Position numbers and translations under genes: made by a program
NCBI RefSeq assembly: GCF_006345805.1
Contig: NC_043005.1
Coordinates: 102,610,001 to 102,674,000 of the forward strand
Reading direction: 5' to 3'
Source: Octopus sinensis
Taxonomy: Eukaryota
Length of the DNA: 64,000 bases
Part shown: positions 49,705-64,000 of the stretch, in pieces
How the letters are laid out: every line of letters starts with the position of its first letter
Numbering within the stretch: position 1 is the first letter of the stretch
The notes under the pieces: generated by a model
What the model saw: only the letters and a program-made list of their open reading frames with translations
What the model was told of the DNA's origin: nothing
The model's database searches: none

Positions 49705-52095
49705 GTGTGTTATGGAGAGTTCCCGTGAAACCAACCCTTTTGAGAGTGGCTTCATTACTGCTATTAACGTTCTGTTTAAACTGTTGCAGAACAACACGCT
49801 TAGGCAAGATATGATCAGCCAAAAGATTCCAAGAGGTGAGTTTCTGTTGTGGGGGAGTGAGTATAGATTTTAATGCGGGGAATTGCTTTCAGCCCTACGA
49901 AGGGTTTAGAGACGGGCAGAAAAAGTATTGGTGGTGATGCTTTATGACTGGAAATACAATAGCGAGCACCGAGTAGCAAAAGTCGAAATAGCAGTGATAA
50001 GACAAATAAAACTATGTAAAGATAATCATTTAGGCCTAAGACTGGACTGTGCATTAGTGATGGCGTTGCAGTCAGTCGAGTAGATCTTCTCTACCCAAGG
50101 TACTTCACAATAACGTCTTGCCACATGCGGAAGCAGTACGCAATTGATAGTCTCTCGTAAGGTTTTTATATTATTTGCAGCTTTTTGAAACTGAAGCATT
50201 TTTGATCTTAATGAGAAGGTTCTAGTGTATATTATGTTGTATTAGCTACGCTGAGAACGTTCTCCTGACAGAAAAGATCATCCATTATAGTGTGAATCAG
50301 CTTTTGAGAGGCTAATATGGACCCTCCCACTGAATGCCGACCAAAGTATGCTGTGGTAATATTTTTTTGATATAACGAGTACTTGTGTTTAATGGCTGTT
50401 GAAAGAGACAAACCTCGAATTGTCTCACAGTTGGATGCTCTGAAAGCCTTTGTTTTGGTACTCAATGCAAGTTTAGCGTGAATAATTTATATTGAGAGTA
50501 GTTAATGTATAATTAGGGAATTTTAGATTGGAAAGACGGTACATGTCATCTACATAAGAGTGGATGTTGTTTGGTGTGTTCGCAAGCAGATCATTAGAGC
50601 ATAGATGAAAAGTGGTGGGAATAGAACAGAATCCAGGTAAAGACTTATAGTCGACAGAAGGTGGGGGTAAGAGCTCTGTCAACACATGGTGCAATTTGAT
50701 AAGAAGTTACAGGTCCAAGAAATGAGTGATGGGTGAAGCCGTAGATAGATTATTTTGAGAGGAAATATGCATGCCGGGCTCGGAAGAAGGATTTGGTAAT
50801 ATCTTGAGCAACGCATTGCTTTCACGTTACTTCTCTAAATCGAAAGTCCATAGTCGAGTGGCATAAGAGAATAGGTCTCAAGAGGATCTGGCTCTACCGA
50901 AGCCTTACTGGTGTTCCCTGTGGAGTGAATATGATTCGAGCTAATAGAGATCCCCATTGATAATGGCTTCTCCCATTATCATCCAGATGTTAGAAACGGG
51001 AGTAATGGGACGAAAGTTTGTTGAGATCGAAGTGGGTCGCCATTCTTTGGAATAGGTTATACTGCAGCATCCTACAAAATGCTAGTGCATAACCTACTAG
51101 AATGTAAGAGCTTGTTGTGCATAGGAACAAGTTCTGGGTTGCATCACGTCGAACTGTTACCGAAAGATATTAAGAAGTGAGAAAGACAAAGCTTTCGGCT
51201 TCTGCACTGTGTCTGTCGCTGTGAGATGAGTGTGAAATCTACTGAAGAATTCTGGGCATTGAAGTTACTGATTCCGGTGACATTGAAGTGGAAAGAGTTG
51301 AGGTTTATGTTCCCGAATCGAGGCGTGATCAAATAGTAGAATTAGGAAATCAATAGATGAAGCAAATTTACTTGAGGAAGGGGAATCTTTGAGCGTAAGA
51401 AATTGCAAGTCGTCTTTCCTAAATCCTCGGTGAGAGAGATGAGGGAGAGGGGGGAGAGGGAGATGAGGGAGAGAGGGGGAGAGAGAGATTGTGTGGTCTT
51501 TATGTATACGCAAACATCGCCTTTCTGAGAGAATCTGGTGTAGATACTGTATTCTGATTAACGAAAATGGAGTCTCAGGAGATATGTGTTTTGTGTCAGA
51601 ATACAAGGTCATGTATACAATCTAAATTGGTAAGAAATTTGCGCATGTTTACGATGTGGAATTGTCACAGGAATATTGACCTCTCTCGCAGCGTTATGTA
51701 GAAGGATGGATGGTATGGCATCACGTGAAAATGTATTTTACTGTAGTATAATTATGACATCTGTGGACAAACTACAAAGTCTAAGGTGTGGTATCGTACT
51801 GTACGGATGATTTTCGCTTAAAATTATTTCGAGCAGACAGGAAGAAAAGCTCTTCAGGATCAGGGATTGATTTGAATAACCACTTGAGTGTATGACACTC
51901 CTCCTCATGATTAACAAATACGGAGAAGACGGGGACACCGCCACGAAACGAGCAGATATTGTGAGTATAATTGAATATACACAAACTTACTGAAATACCA
52001 GTCGGATGGGAAGTACCAGTCCTGTCCTTCAAATGCACTGCCTCAACTAGTTCATACAACAACTCCCTGAGTAGATTATTCATTTGATTAAACAC
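49705..52095 (-). pseudogene. Heavily decayed LINE ORF2 (CR1/Jockey-like)
   Basis: Broken minus frames give PIPKNGDP, VAQDITKSF..RH..LSK, NDLLANTPNNIHSYVDD and YCFRMW. Confidence 0.7.
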
Positions 52096-52239
52096 TGGGA
52101 CGTAATAACATTAGCAATTTGCTAAACTTACTAATATATTGAAATCATTTAAAATATTATGGTTCCATGGATGTTTTTCAATTATGTTTTTTTCTATAAC
52201 TACTTATAGCAAACGTGTGTGCTTGTGTGAGTGTGTGTA

Positions 52240-52297
<58 letters not shown>

Positions 52298-52386
52298 CTA
52301 TATATATATATCTATATATATATATATATTTATGTCTGTGTACAGGTTTATGTGAGCGTACCGCCATTTCTATAGATCTCTGTACA

Positions 52387-52460
<74 letters not shown>

Positions 52461-53708
52461 GTATTTAAATAGAATGAACATAGTGTCTTCTATAGTAGAC
52501 ACTGCACACGATAAACACTGTTGAATAAGCTAGCATCATATAGGAGAAATTGATTCACATACATTTGTCCCGTGGGAAACTATTGTATATGTATCAATAC
52601 ATACTTTTGATTACAATTCACACATCCTATTTATTTCTCAGATGTTTACTATCACTTACACTATCAAAGAAACACGTCAATATCTTTGTATATCTTCAGA
52701 GATATGGTTTTCTCTTTATCAATATATCTGGCCAGTCACGTGCTACATTTTTTAAAGCTCTTTTCGTATTTGATTTGTCCATGTGTCTTTTGAAAATACT
52801 GTCTATTTCTCCAAGTCGATTATTCATATAAATGTTATTATATTATATTAGCTTTCTTAATTCTCTTCAATCACGGAATGTTGTACACATACATATACTC
52901 ACGCATACCTAGATATTTAGAACTAAACACTCTTGGAAAAAATATAGGCACATACAGCCAGAGATACGGACATAGGTAGATGTTTGCATACGCATAAGAA
53001 TACAAACATGCACGCTGTAGGTAAAATGTCTTTTAATGTCGTGAAGTCTATTTAATGTCAAGTTGAAATGTTATTTAGAAATTTTTTAGTAGACTACTTG
53101 CCTTTATGTTGTTTGCCTCGATTGGTGAGGGAGAAGCAGAATACGTTAGGTGCCATATAATATAATTCAGCAGTATTTTACTGGCGACATCTTGCGTTCT
53201 TGGTTGTAGATTAGATTTAAGCATAAAATACCTTGTAAAATACTAACGTTATTTTAATCTTCTCGAACTTTCTCAGACATACGGTCATCTACACGGACAC
53301 GAAATGGAAAGTAATGTCGGTCTTATTGGAACAATTAAAGGTTTCGTTATTTGAAGACAGACAAAAATTAAAGATGGAAAAGAACATCTAAAAATGAGAG
53401 ATATTTATGCCAGACAGCTAAAGTAATAAATTACACGACTGAAGTGATTACTACCAAAAATACAAAATACAAATCTGCAGAGAATTTGCAAAATCACACA
53501 CAGAATACTCTTCTCCTGAAGTTATATGTAGCAAGTTTACATTAGACTATGTAGTCCTCTAACATGGGAGAGACATGACTGGCTGTATTTCGATCGCTTA
53601 CACTTAGAGCTCGGTTTGATTTACATACATATGCACACATATATATGTATGCAGAGAGAGAGAGAGAGAGAGAGAAAGAGATAGATAGATAGACACATGC
53701 ATATACAT

Positions 53709-53756
<48 letters not shown>

Positions 53757-53825
53757 GTAGGTCCCGGGTTGAGTCGGAGTTAACCACAGTAAATAAGGTA
53801 CTCAATACATAGCAGAGTAAAGTAA

Positions 53826-53935
53826 TTTATTTTATAGAAGGAGCTTCTACAGGACTAGAACTGTTTCATTCAGATGGAAGATTTCATCTGAATGAAACAG
53901 TTCTAGTCCTGTAGAAGCTCCTTCTATAAAATAAA
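53826..53935. repeat. Perfect 51-bp inverted repeat, 8-nt loop
   Basis: tttattttatagaagg...cagatg gaagattt catctg...ctataaaataaa. Left side extends to ~53757; in (TA)n. Confidence 0.95.
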
Positions 53936-53983
53936 AAAAAAAATATATATATATATGTACATATATATATATATACACACATA

Positions 53984-54063
<80 letters not shown>

Positions 54064-54507
54064 TGTGTTTATATATGCAACCACACACATGCCTGCATGC
54101 ATAAATACACAATCAACGTTCATAAATAGGTCACACTTAAAATTGTAACCTACATATTGCCTTATTGCTTTGTTCTAACGAATTGCAAATCTAATATGAA
54201 AACATTCTTTCATCGTAGGCCATTAATGTTCGCAATGCTATGTCAATGGGGCGCACCAGTCACTAATTTTATTCCGTTCGTTGCTTCTATGCATCAAATA
54301 TTCATGAACTGCTATTCGAAATGTGTTCTCCAAATTACCGATGCTAGACGATGCTTTAAAACTGATAAGTAGTGACAGTGTATATATCTGGGCAAATTCT
54401 TCGCAGTGAGGTTACATATTGCTAGAAACAGATATAGACATATGACTCTTGTATAGTTTACTTCTAGCATATATGTTTATATATATACATAAATTCATAC
54501 ATACATA

Positions 54508-54573
<66 letters not shown>

Positions 54574-55299
54574 ATGATATTAGGGAGTATAGCTATATAT
54601 ATAAATATAAATATATATATAAATCAATCAGTTGTACATGAGTCCAAGATAAAAATTAAATTTCTAGTAAATATTTTTAATCTGTAATATTCTCTATAGT
54701 CGTCGGTTATGCTTGATCAGAATGGTACCGTTGTTAAAACGTCTATCATTTCACTGATCAATGTCGGTCATTCATTAAACCTGGTGATTGGTGGTGCATA
54801 ATGTGTTTCCTAGTGGAGGGTAAAGTATATAAAAATATTCCACTGACACGTAAATATCTATTTTTTCCAAAGGAAAATTCGTTGTGGGAGAGGTGGAGTT
54901 ATGCCCCTTCGAAAAATTTTACTTTACGAAGAAGGGTCAGGTTTCCATTCAGTTAAAGCAAACCGGGAACCCCACGTTTCTAAACCAAATTTGCTATCAT
55001 GATGGCACAGACTAAATACCTTACTATTCGAATTTAAGAAAGCACCTGGACCATGCGAAGATTTTAGCATCGTTACCCTCTCGGCCAAGCAATATTTGCA
55101 ACATCTCTCTGCTTCTCTGTCTCTCTGCCTCTCTCTATATATATTTATATGTATATATATATATGTATGTGTGTGTGTGTGCGTGTGTGTGTGTGTGTGT
55201 GTTTGTGTGAGTGTGTGTGTATTCATATCTTTATGTGAGTGTGTATGCTTATAAACATTGACACTCACCTACAAAACATTGGAAACATTTCACGCAATT

Positions 55300-56900
55300 T
55301 AACTATCACCAAATTGCACCAGGTGCAACCGGATGTAGGTCTACTTTCTTCTGACTCCCTACTTCACGAAAATAACATTTAAAGCCGGTACAGAATCTTC
55401 GGCCTAGGATTGATAGACTAGGCAGTTCATTCGCATGTCAGACTAAAACACCAGAAAGTAGCTTCTCTAGGAAACTCATACAGAGAAAGTGTTCCATGGA
55501 GGGGCAGAGAAAAATTTCAACAGTTGCATAAAGATTCCATGGTGCCAGCTTACCCCTTTCGTTCTTAATTTCTGAACAGATACTAAAATTAAGAACATCA
55601 TTTTCTCAGCTCCTTCACTTCTCTCTCAAAGTTTTTATTTATATTTTGTTCTCTTCATCATATTCCAATATTTCTTTAATTACCTTTTATTACACAGGTT
55701 CAGGATCTTGTTTCGAAAATTTGCATTAGCAATGTTTCTTTGTCAGAACTGCCTTTACTCTTTCTATAATCTCATTCTTGTATTCAAAATCTTCGAGGAG
55801 TAAGATTTGAGCAAATTTGCACTCAAAAGCTGCGAGAAAATTTTCAGATATATTTATGTTATTGAATTTATTGAAAGCGAATATCAAGCCAACTGGAAGT
55901 TTATCATAACGAGGTCATGGTCATTATCTACATCTGCACTCATGAATACTGTCAAAACCAGTTTGTTCCATTATATATGGGAGGTTGTGATGTGATCAGT
56001 AAGGGATATATATGAAATGATTTGTGCTTCGTAAAGTGCGCAGAGAAAATGTTGAATCATTACATAAAATAATGCCTCCTGGTGACTTCCACATTCCAGG
56101 CACATTGAACTTTTATTATATAATTGTTAGCTACCTTGATGCTGAAATATTGGTGGTTTTCAATGTGAGCATCACCGTATTGTGAAAAGACTTGGCTTAT
56201 ACCACTGTGATACTAAAGAATTTTGCATTCAGGCGGATGGCCTTAACCCAATCTGACAATTGTTAGAATTCTAGTCTAGTAAGTGTTCTTTATAGATTCA
56301 ATAACGAACAAGCCCCCGCTAGTTGCGTGACTATTTTCTTCTCTGTTATTCTCTTCCCTTTAGAGTACATACATGACCTTCTTCGGTTTGCATTTTCCAG
56401 TTTTCTTAAGTTAATTTTTATGGATCCCAACGAAATATCATATGCACATCTTCTCATTATGCGTGAGTTCATTTTAGTTTTAAAGTGTAGCCCAATGACC
56501 GTAGTTCCTTGACTAAAACTGTGCTGTTTTTACTGCTGCAAACTTTTAATGTGATAGAAAAAGTCTGGCATATGCCCCTGTACGAGAAATAATGCCAGGA
56601 TCATCGTTAACCCAGGGTGTTACTAATTCGGTATACCTAACCTCTTCGTTGTGTTATCATACTCGGAGTACACTGAACATTGACTATATTTCTGCATTTC
56701 TATCATAACGAATTGCTTCTAACTTTGCAGTTCAGCTATCTCCTAAACATATGAGTGTACAGTTTACCTGTGTGATCTCTACGCTTTGATTTGTGACATT
56801 AGGTAGAAATCGTTTACCCACTGGTGTTGTGTTAACATAAACTACATGCTTCTCGGCCACCACCTGAAGTGAGTAAAGTGCCTAAGGCTACAGTTGAACA
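55300..56900 (-). pseudogene. Heavily decayed RTE-clade LINE, endonuclease region
   Basis: Minus-strand fragments VKAIRLNAKFFSITVV and ADVDNDHDLVMINFQL match RTE APE motifs. Boundaries approximate. Confidence 0.6.
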
Positions 56901-58584
56901 AATACTACTCTAAAAGTGTTGCGTGATATATTACTTGCCGTTTAATCTCCTAAAATTCTACGTCTCTACGATGCAGCATATGAGATGCCAAATTTGTTAC
57001 TTCGGCTCAAATGTTCCTTTATGCGCACGTGTATATGAATAAATATGTGAAAATATACGTATACATATCTATCTACCTATCTCTCAATATATATATATAT
57101 AACAGTTTTCAAAATAGCTTTATATTAATAAATATGATATATACGATATGAGTGAGTGAGTGAGAATGTGTTCCTTTGTATGTGCGCGAATGTGTCTGTA
57201 TGTGGTTTATGGCCATAATTGGAAAAAATATGAAAACAAACAAAATAAATAGGCAAAAATTATAACATTATGTTTGAGAGTATACTGTACAGTTATTGTA
57301 CAAAGGAGTCATTGAACGCTGATCGATATTAAGCAGAGGGAAAAGATCAAAGATACATTGAAACTTTTGACGGTGTGTATTTTGGTATGAAGCGGAACCA
57401 ATGCCTCATAACAGAAGGGGAGGAATCTGAACGTAAACTACCAGTTGTATGAATAACCACCACCCACATAATCTAAAAGGATGTATGGCGCTCTATTTTG
57501 GAGAAACTTTTCATACGTAAATAGCTACCTAGTCTCACGTCTGCTTATCACCAGGAAATTCTGCCTAAATATTCATACAGTCATCGATTATTCCGAATTT
57601 GCAACTGATATTTACTTTTCAAGCAGATCGATACACCTTTGAAGAAAGCTACTACCCGTTGCCATTAATTTGAAGTAGAATGACAGTAATTCTTTATTTG
57701 AATTTAAATCATTAAAAGCTTACTGGTTTTTAAATATGCCACAACTAGTTTATTATTCTTCAATTAATCAACAAAAACATAATTATGATATAGAATGCTG
57801 TTATTTTGAATTGTACGGTTATTCTGTAATATTTAACGACATGTAAAGAAACAAATCACTATAATTCAACTGGAAAAATTATGAAAACTTTATTCAATAT
57901 TTGCATATACTATTCATTGAATAAGAATGGTTTCTCATTATTTCTTTTTTAGTTGGTGGTTTATTTATGAAAATGTAACTGTCATTTTCTTTGTAATTCC
58001 TAGTTAAAAACATATAATTTCTGGCTGTGCAATGCTTTCATTGACATAATAGTTTTAATGTATATTTTATAGCTAGCACAGTCTGTCTTGCGAGATATAG
58101 GTGACATAGGGAGATGTTTCTCACAGTTCTTATAAGCAGCCATAGTATAGTTGAATTGATTCAAAGTTTATTTTTAGTGAGAAAAATACCAGGTCTTAAT
58201 ATTTTAAAGCCCAAATCCTCCTTTATGTCTAAACAATGCAACTTGACGCCACTATGTTACCTAGTCAGAGAGGAGAATTCTAAAGCACCTGCACATGACA
58301 TTTCCCTAAGATTAGACCTGGTCCCAGGAATGATGCCGGTTCAAATTCCTGTGCAACATTTACAATAATGACGAAACATATCTTTAACAGATAATTGATT
58401 CAATATCGATTACTTAAAAGTGTTCATTTTCAAACTTTTATAAAATTAGATATAGGTTTAACAATCAAATTTTTAAATAGTGGATTTGAAAATATGGTTT
58501 ATTGATAAACATCTACTTTACGAAGATATATTTATGTACTCTTAAATATGACTTTGCATATCATATCTGAGATATTGATTTCAA

Positions 58585-58790
58585 ATTTTGGTATAAAACC
58601 AGCAATTTTGGAGCAAGGGTTAGTCGATCACATCGACCCAAGTACTCAACTAGTATTCATTTCATCGACCCCAAAAGAATGAAAGGCAAGGCTGACCTCG
58701 GCGGAATTCAAACTCGGAACGTGGAGACGGACGAAATGCCGCTAAGCATATTACATGATGTACTGACTATACTGCCAGCGCGCTGCCCTC
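58585..58790 (-). mobile_element. Family B SINE
   Basis: gtcgatcacatcgacccaagtactc...catcgaccccaaaagaatgaaaggcaaggctgacctcggcggaattcaaactcggaacg. Confidence 0.8.
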
Positions 58791-58995
58791 AATCATATAT
58801 GAGATATTAAAATACGTAACATATTTAAGGGAATCAGTGCTTCCATCTTATATGGTTCTGATACAGTTCTGTAAAATTCCACTATAAGTAACAACTAAAA
58901 TATATTTGTGTTTTTCAACATATATCCTGTCAAAATTGGTATTGATTTAAAGTTATTAAGCATGACAGAAAACAAACCATACCCATTATGATTCA

Positions 58996-59210
58996 GTGGC
59001 ATAGTGCATAAGAGATTTTCTATATTTTTCAGGAAAGAGATTTTGCGTTCGAATCCTACCTGGCTGCAATTCACTTATCGAAAGATAAGACAGGCAACAA
59101 CCTGCGTGAATTCAAGTGTATACGAAAAATAATAGACACAAGTAGAGTTGTGTTGAAGACAAGCATATTTGCATTGTGGTTATTGCTCCAATTCAAAGCA
59201 TCTGATCTTT
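58996..59210 (+). mobile_element. Possible old tRNA-derived SINE
   Basis: gtggcatagtgcataag (box A-like) and gcgttcgaatcc (box B-like); no cloverleaf. Confidence 0.35.
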
Positions 59211-59638
59211 TGAGAAGCGTCTTCCATTGTACACTTGGGTTGACCAAAACGTCATAAGAAGTATATTTCAGGAGAGATTGTGCAAAGAGTTACGTATATA
59301 TACACGTGTGTATATGAATTTATGTGTTAATGTTAGACAGTATACAGTATGTCCATATAGATATGTGTGTATGTCTAGCGGTGAAGAGGCCAAAAATTCC
59401 TTTCTTTAAGATATTTCTTCCGCTATTTATCATGCAACATTCCCAAATTAGCAACATTCACACAAATACTACGAGTATTAATAGCGATAATACACACGCA
59501 CACACCCAGGCACGCGCCGTCATCCACAGACACACATACACACATACATATATATATGTATACCTCTGTGTGTGTAATTGATTTCTAGCATTCTTCATGT
59601 GATTGCACACATACACACACACACATATATATATATAC

Positions 59639-59772
<134 letters not shown>

Positions 59773-59779
59773 CATATAT

Positions 59780-59955
59780 ATATATCAAATTGAACAGGTT
59801 TGTCTGCGTGTCTGTATGTTTGCATCACTAGCGCTCGAGAACAACCCAACCGATTTCATTCAAATTTTACACCTGCCTTACTTGGGGTCCATGCAGTGTC
59901 ATGAGACCGCGCAAACATTTCTACCTCTTACCTAGTGCGAGCCCCGAGCAATCTC
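59780..59955 (+). mobile_element. Helitron-like non-autonomous fragment
   Basis: Starts in (TA)n with aaattgaacaggtttgtctgcgtgtctg, has ccgatttcattcaaattttacac, and ccccgagcaa resembling the 3' hairpin half of 31546-31937. No CTAG end. Confidence 0.4.
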
Positions 59956-60199
59956 TTACAGCTTATACTATTTTCAGTATTAAGTGTCAAAAGTAAAACA
60001 ATAACATCTCTATTCTAAGGTGAGATCATAATTTCAGTTGTAATATTTTCACCATTAAAAATGAAACTATTATCTCACATAAATACAAGCATATATATAT
60101 ATATTCATCAAGTGTAGAATCCACAGTGATCCGTATTTAGGGGGTGTGCAGCCGGAGGGAAAATATCCAAACGAGAATCCGTAAAGGGTAGATAAAGAG

Positions 60200-60517
60200 T
60201 CCAGTGGAGAAGTCCGTAGTGGTAAGAAATGACAGGATCAACATGTGCGACCACGTGAGCGTGTGATATGAGCATGTACATCTGCACATATACATGTATA
60301 TATATGTGTGTGTGTGAGTTTGTTCACCCACCATCGCTTTATAACCGCTTCTGGTTTGTTTACGTCCTAGATATCACGCGGTTCGGGAAAAGATACTGAT
60401 GGAGTAAGAATTAGGTTTACAAAGAATAAGTTCTGGGGTCGATTTCTTTGGCTAAAGGCTGTACTCGATCATGGCCGTAGTCAGATTACTGATACAAATA
60501 AAAGACAAAAAAAGAAT
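60200..60517 (+). mobile_element. Family A SINE, 3' part, degraded
   Basis: ctggtttgtttacgtcc...cggttcgggaaaag...aataagttctggggtcgattt...catggccgtagtc...aaaagaata. Confidence 0.7.
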
Positions 60518-61249
60518 ATATATGTATGTGTGTATGTATGTGCGTAAGTGTGCACGTGCGTGTGGGCGCGCGCGTGAATTCTTTTTCCAGCAATCTTGAT
60601 GTGAATTGATATACTGAAATAAATCTTGTGTCAAGGGATGGTCAGTCTGCCAACAAAAATGAAATAGACACTCGTACTGTTTCAATACCACTTCTTTCTT
60701 TTACCAGCTAACTAATCAATTGTTTTGTTTAATATGCTGATTGAAGAACCATTCGGTTTAAGTTTTTCTATCAGAGTACTTTCCTTCAAACTGTTAATAT
60801 TGACTAAGCTTGTTTTCGAAATTCTCTGCATTGCAGTACTACTTCGTTAAATTTCTGCATTCTCCTGCTTTCCATTATTGCTTCGCCAAATTTCTAACAA
60901 TATAATACATTTCTGAAGGTAGGAATGCTTATTTTATTTTAAAGAGAATTGGTTAAAAAGATCATAGAATCATAGAATTTCTATCCTAAAAAACTAATAG
61001 AGAAATGAAAAATTGATTCCAATTATATAAAATAAAGGTACTATATACACATTACAGCACTATATACACATTCATTGATACACACGCATTTATTAAACAA
61101 CATAAATAAAACATTTGTTATATGTCTCATATTGGCAGCCTGTCTAGAGTATAATGCAGAGAACGAGGTCCATAAAAGCTTTAATGAGTGATATGTGAAA
61201 TACCTGTTTGGAATTATCAATAGGACATTTGATATTATAAAATAGAGAT

Positions 61250-63300
61250 AATATGAACATCGTCGGCTAGAAAGAAAGGAAAGTTAAATCCTTCGCAGTG
61301 TTTTCTAGTAGGAAGGATAACCAGCTTCATAAGAAGATTTGAGATTTTTATCGGCGCAGGTGTTACTTAATTTATATTTACATCTCATTACCAGTTCATC
61401 AAATCGATCAATAATTATGTCCTTACTGTCCATAATCGTCAAATGTCCAGCTGTAGTTAATAAGCACTTATTAAAATTGCTCTTAGCTTCCGCAAGTTGA
61501 ACGTTCGACCATCTAACACGGTATGCTACCAAATCTCCGATTTCCAAATTATTTCAGTTAACATTGTACTGCTAGCTGTAGCCGCAGAGCTTAATGTAAA
61601 ATTGTGATTATGTAATTGCTACTAAAATTCAGTACTTGCCACACCTGTGCAAACGCATCTAAACGTTAGCAGCACCTAAACATTGACAGAAAACGTTTGT
61701 CATTAGACATTTATTATCTGATGGACAGGAATATGGAGATTTACAGTTACAACGCCAATATCTGAATCTATGGCGTGTGCGATTCAGATTATTAAGCTAT
61801 TGCTACTTCTGCTAAATTTGGAGGCGCCCCTTGTATCACCATCTACTGGGTTGTCAAGGTAAGTGATTTTATTGTTAGAAACACTATCACCATTCCTATT
61901 AAGAATATTACTGTTTACGTACTTCGAAGTATAATTGCGCCTTTTGTGTACGTCTGGGTGTTAATTAAACTTAATGTCAACATTCAGAGTACCGCTCACT
62001 ACTCCAGATGACAATGATTTTACATGTTGCTGATTGATACATTTTGCACCAGGACTGCCAGTTCTAACATAAGGCAGATGGTAAAATCTTTTATTATTTA
62101 TACTACATATGATATCAGATATATTAGAGGTAGAACTTAATGGAATGGAGAATAAAAATCTTTCTGTACCAGCTAGAAATGGAAAGTGGTTTTTTATCTT
62201 AGTAAAGATATATTAGAATCACTGCTCTGAATATTGAGGGCGAAGGGTGGTTGAATTCAAATTATCTGCCGTTGTATAATACGCTTCCAAGCCTTAATGA
62301 ACTTAACGAATTCAGGGTTTCCAGCGATGGGTCCGGGTACATCACCGGTCGCTTGGCAGGCCTTATTTCATATGTTCAACTATGAGATTCACAGTGTGGA
62401 TTTAATAGCTTTTCAACTTACCGTTAATACTGGGTAGGTCTACGAAAGTTAATACAGTTACATGTAGTCCACCGGAAGAATGTGTATGTGCATATGATGC
62501 GGAAAACATGGCTTCATATTAGATGTGTTTGTCAGTGTCCAGGTTAATTGATAAGACATGCGGACAGTTGATAGTAAACCTAGAAGCCGTCTTTCCTTAC
62601 CAGAATTAGATCAGTGGGGTAAAACGGTAAACAGTGCGAAATAGTGAGGGCTGTCCTAAATAAGTATATACTTGATTTTATGAGCATTCTCAGCTCTGGC
62701 GAATGCATCTTTGTGGTAGTCCGTGTGCTAGTCGGAAAAACTCTGTTGGCTAATCATCTAGAGATACACTGTCGATTATCGAGTTGAAAACGGAACGAGG
62801 TTGATTGAAATGAAAACTAAGATAATTGAGTTTCTCACACGTGTTGTGGTACTGGTGGATCAAGTTGTTGTGTTGTACCAATGTGATATCTAAGTCGGCG
62901 TAGATTAAATATTTTGTTTCTCGCTCCATTTCATTTTATACTTAGTTCTAATTTTACTAGCCATGCCTTGATATTCAAGGCATCACTAGTAAGGTCTTTA
63001 ATATAAGGACTAGTGACTGCTAGATAGCACATATCATATTATATCATGTAATTAAGTCTCATAGACAAATTAATGAGAATACCCTGGGCTAATTCTAAAT
63101 AACGTTTGCAGAGGTTCTAACACGTTGTATATAATTGATAATGCTTACTTGCACCATTGATGAATTTTAATTCCGATATAGATACCTTTCTGGCTTTCTT
63201 GTAATATTTGCTATGACTATTTGTTATAATAGTTATAGATATATGGTTTGAGAGTGGGCCAGTAATTTAAATTAGCTAGAGACATTTTTTGTTTTTGGCT
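61250..63300 (-). pseudogene. Long decayed Penelope-like element (RT thumb, linker, Cys motif, GIY-YIG)
   Basis: Broken minus frames give DLDITL...LNYLSFHFNQPRSVFNSII...HGLP (RT thumb), II*FNHP...KNHFP...SNISDIICSINNK (linker), CNCKSPYSCPSDNKC (61707-61751), LHNHNFT...LTEIIWK and YRVRWS. Upstream limit uncertain. Confidence 0.8.
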
Positions 63301-64000
63301 TTGCTGTGGCTCCAGCATTTGATTCTCATAAATGGCTCCCATAACGGTGGCTACTTCATTTCAAAGTTATTATTTACAGACGAAACAACTTGACTAATAT
63401 TTCCCACAAAACTGGGGGATAAAACTTCGTATTTATTTTCCCTATAAGTTGTGCAGTGTAATGGTTTTTAGTCTAGAGAGACGAATATTCATATCCATAT
63501 TTAAATGTATAATTTATACACAATAAACGAAGATCAGAGCACAGAAACGAAAGAAACATCGACGCCCGCGACGTCTTTGCGCACATTTGAATCTATTATC
63601 ATTCATTGAACGCGTTGATTTTATTGTCTGTGCCGAGAACGATTCTGGTGGATTGTAAACTTGAATGGCATATTTAGCATTTTTAAAAATCCATACGTTT
63701 TGCATTCAAATTTAAACAATGTCATTTCTAACACAAAGCATCAATCCAACATGCTCTATCTAGACATTTTCGACATAGTATTTAAATCTTCCTGTAGCCT
63801 CATCTTTTGGTTTTTGAAAAAGGAAGTTATATCGAGAAATGTGATATCAGATGAATCAGTAGAAAAGAAAAAGAAAAGATGAGATGGTCATGACTGGAAG
63901 ATCTTTGATCATAAGTCTTTTTGATATGGCCACATATTGATCGAAGCAACAACAACAACAACAACAGCAAAGTAAAAGATAACGATGACACCGACGATGG

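Noticed and set aside
53885-53912. GAAAcagTT half-motif in the 51-bp palindrome
   Set aside because: No CUGANGA half, so not called as a ribozyme.
58996-59070. Possible tRNA gene
   Set aside because: Box A/B-like motifs only; no cloverleaf. The same applies to all SINE heads.

Overview
AT-rich, microsatellite-dense eukaryotic DNA made mostly of transposable elements. The SINE families and repeat style suggest a coleoid cephalopod, probably Octopus; this is an inference from recalled repeat sequences, not a database match. I found no host protein-coding gene with confidence, and no rRNA, true tRNA gene or CRISPR array. Recognisable elements: two CR1-type LINEs (15.0-17.4 kb, 44.1-47.5 kb); a gag-like LINE ORF1 remnant; two R4/Dong-type (RLE) retrotransposons abutting (TAA)n arrays; decayed RTE and CR1/Jockey-like LINEs; a Gypsy integrase remnant; Tc1 and mariner transposase remnants; a canonical non-autonomous Helitron whose empty site is also in the window; a piggyBac-like MITE; about 15 tRNA-derived SINE copies; and two local tandem duplications. 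The main signal is a set of Penelope-like element (PLE) pieces inserted in (TA)n. These are a 5'-truncated PLE with an uninterrupted GIY-YIG ORF, a long decayed PLE, and several short ORF-less foldback elements. They carry minimal type I hammerhead ribozyme motifs read by eye: canonical cores, C4 variants, and one apparent U3-A8 compensatory variant. All ribozyme calls are structural predictions and untested.
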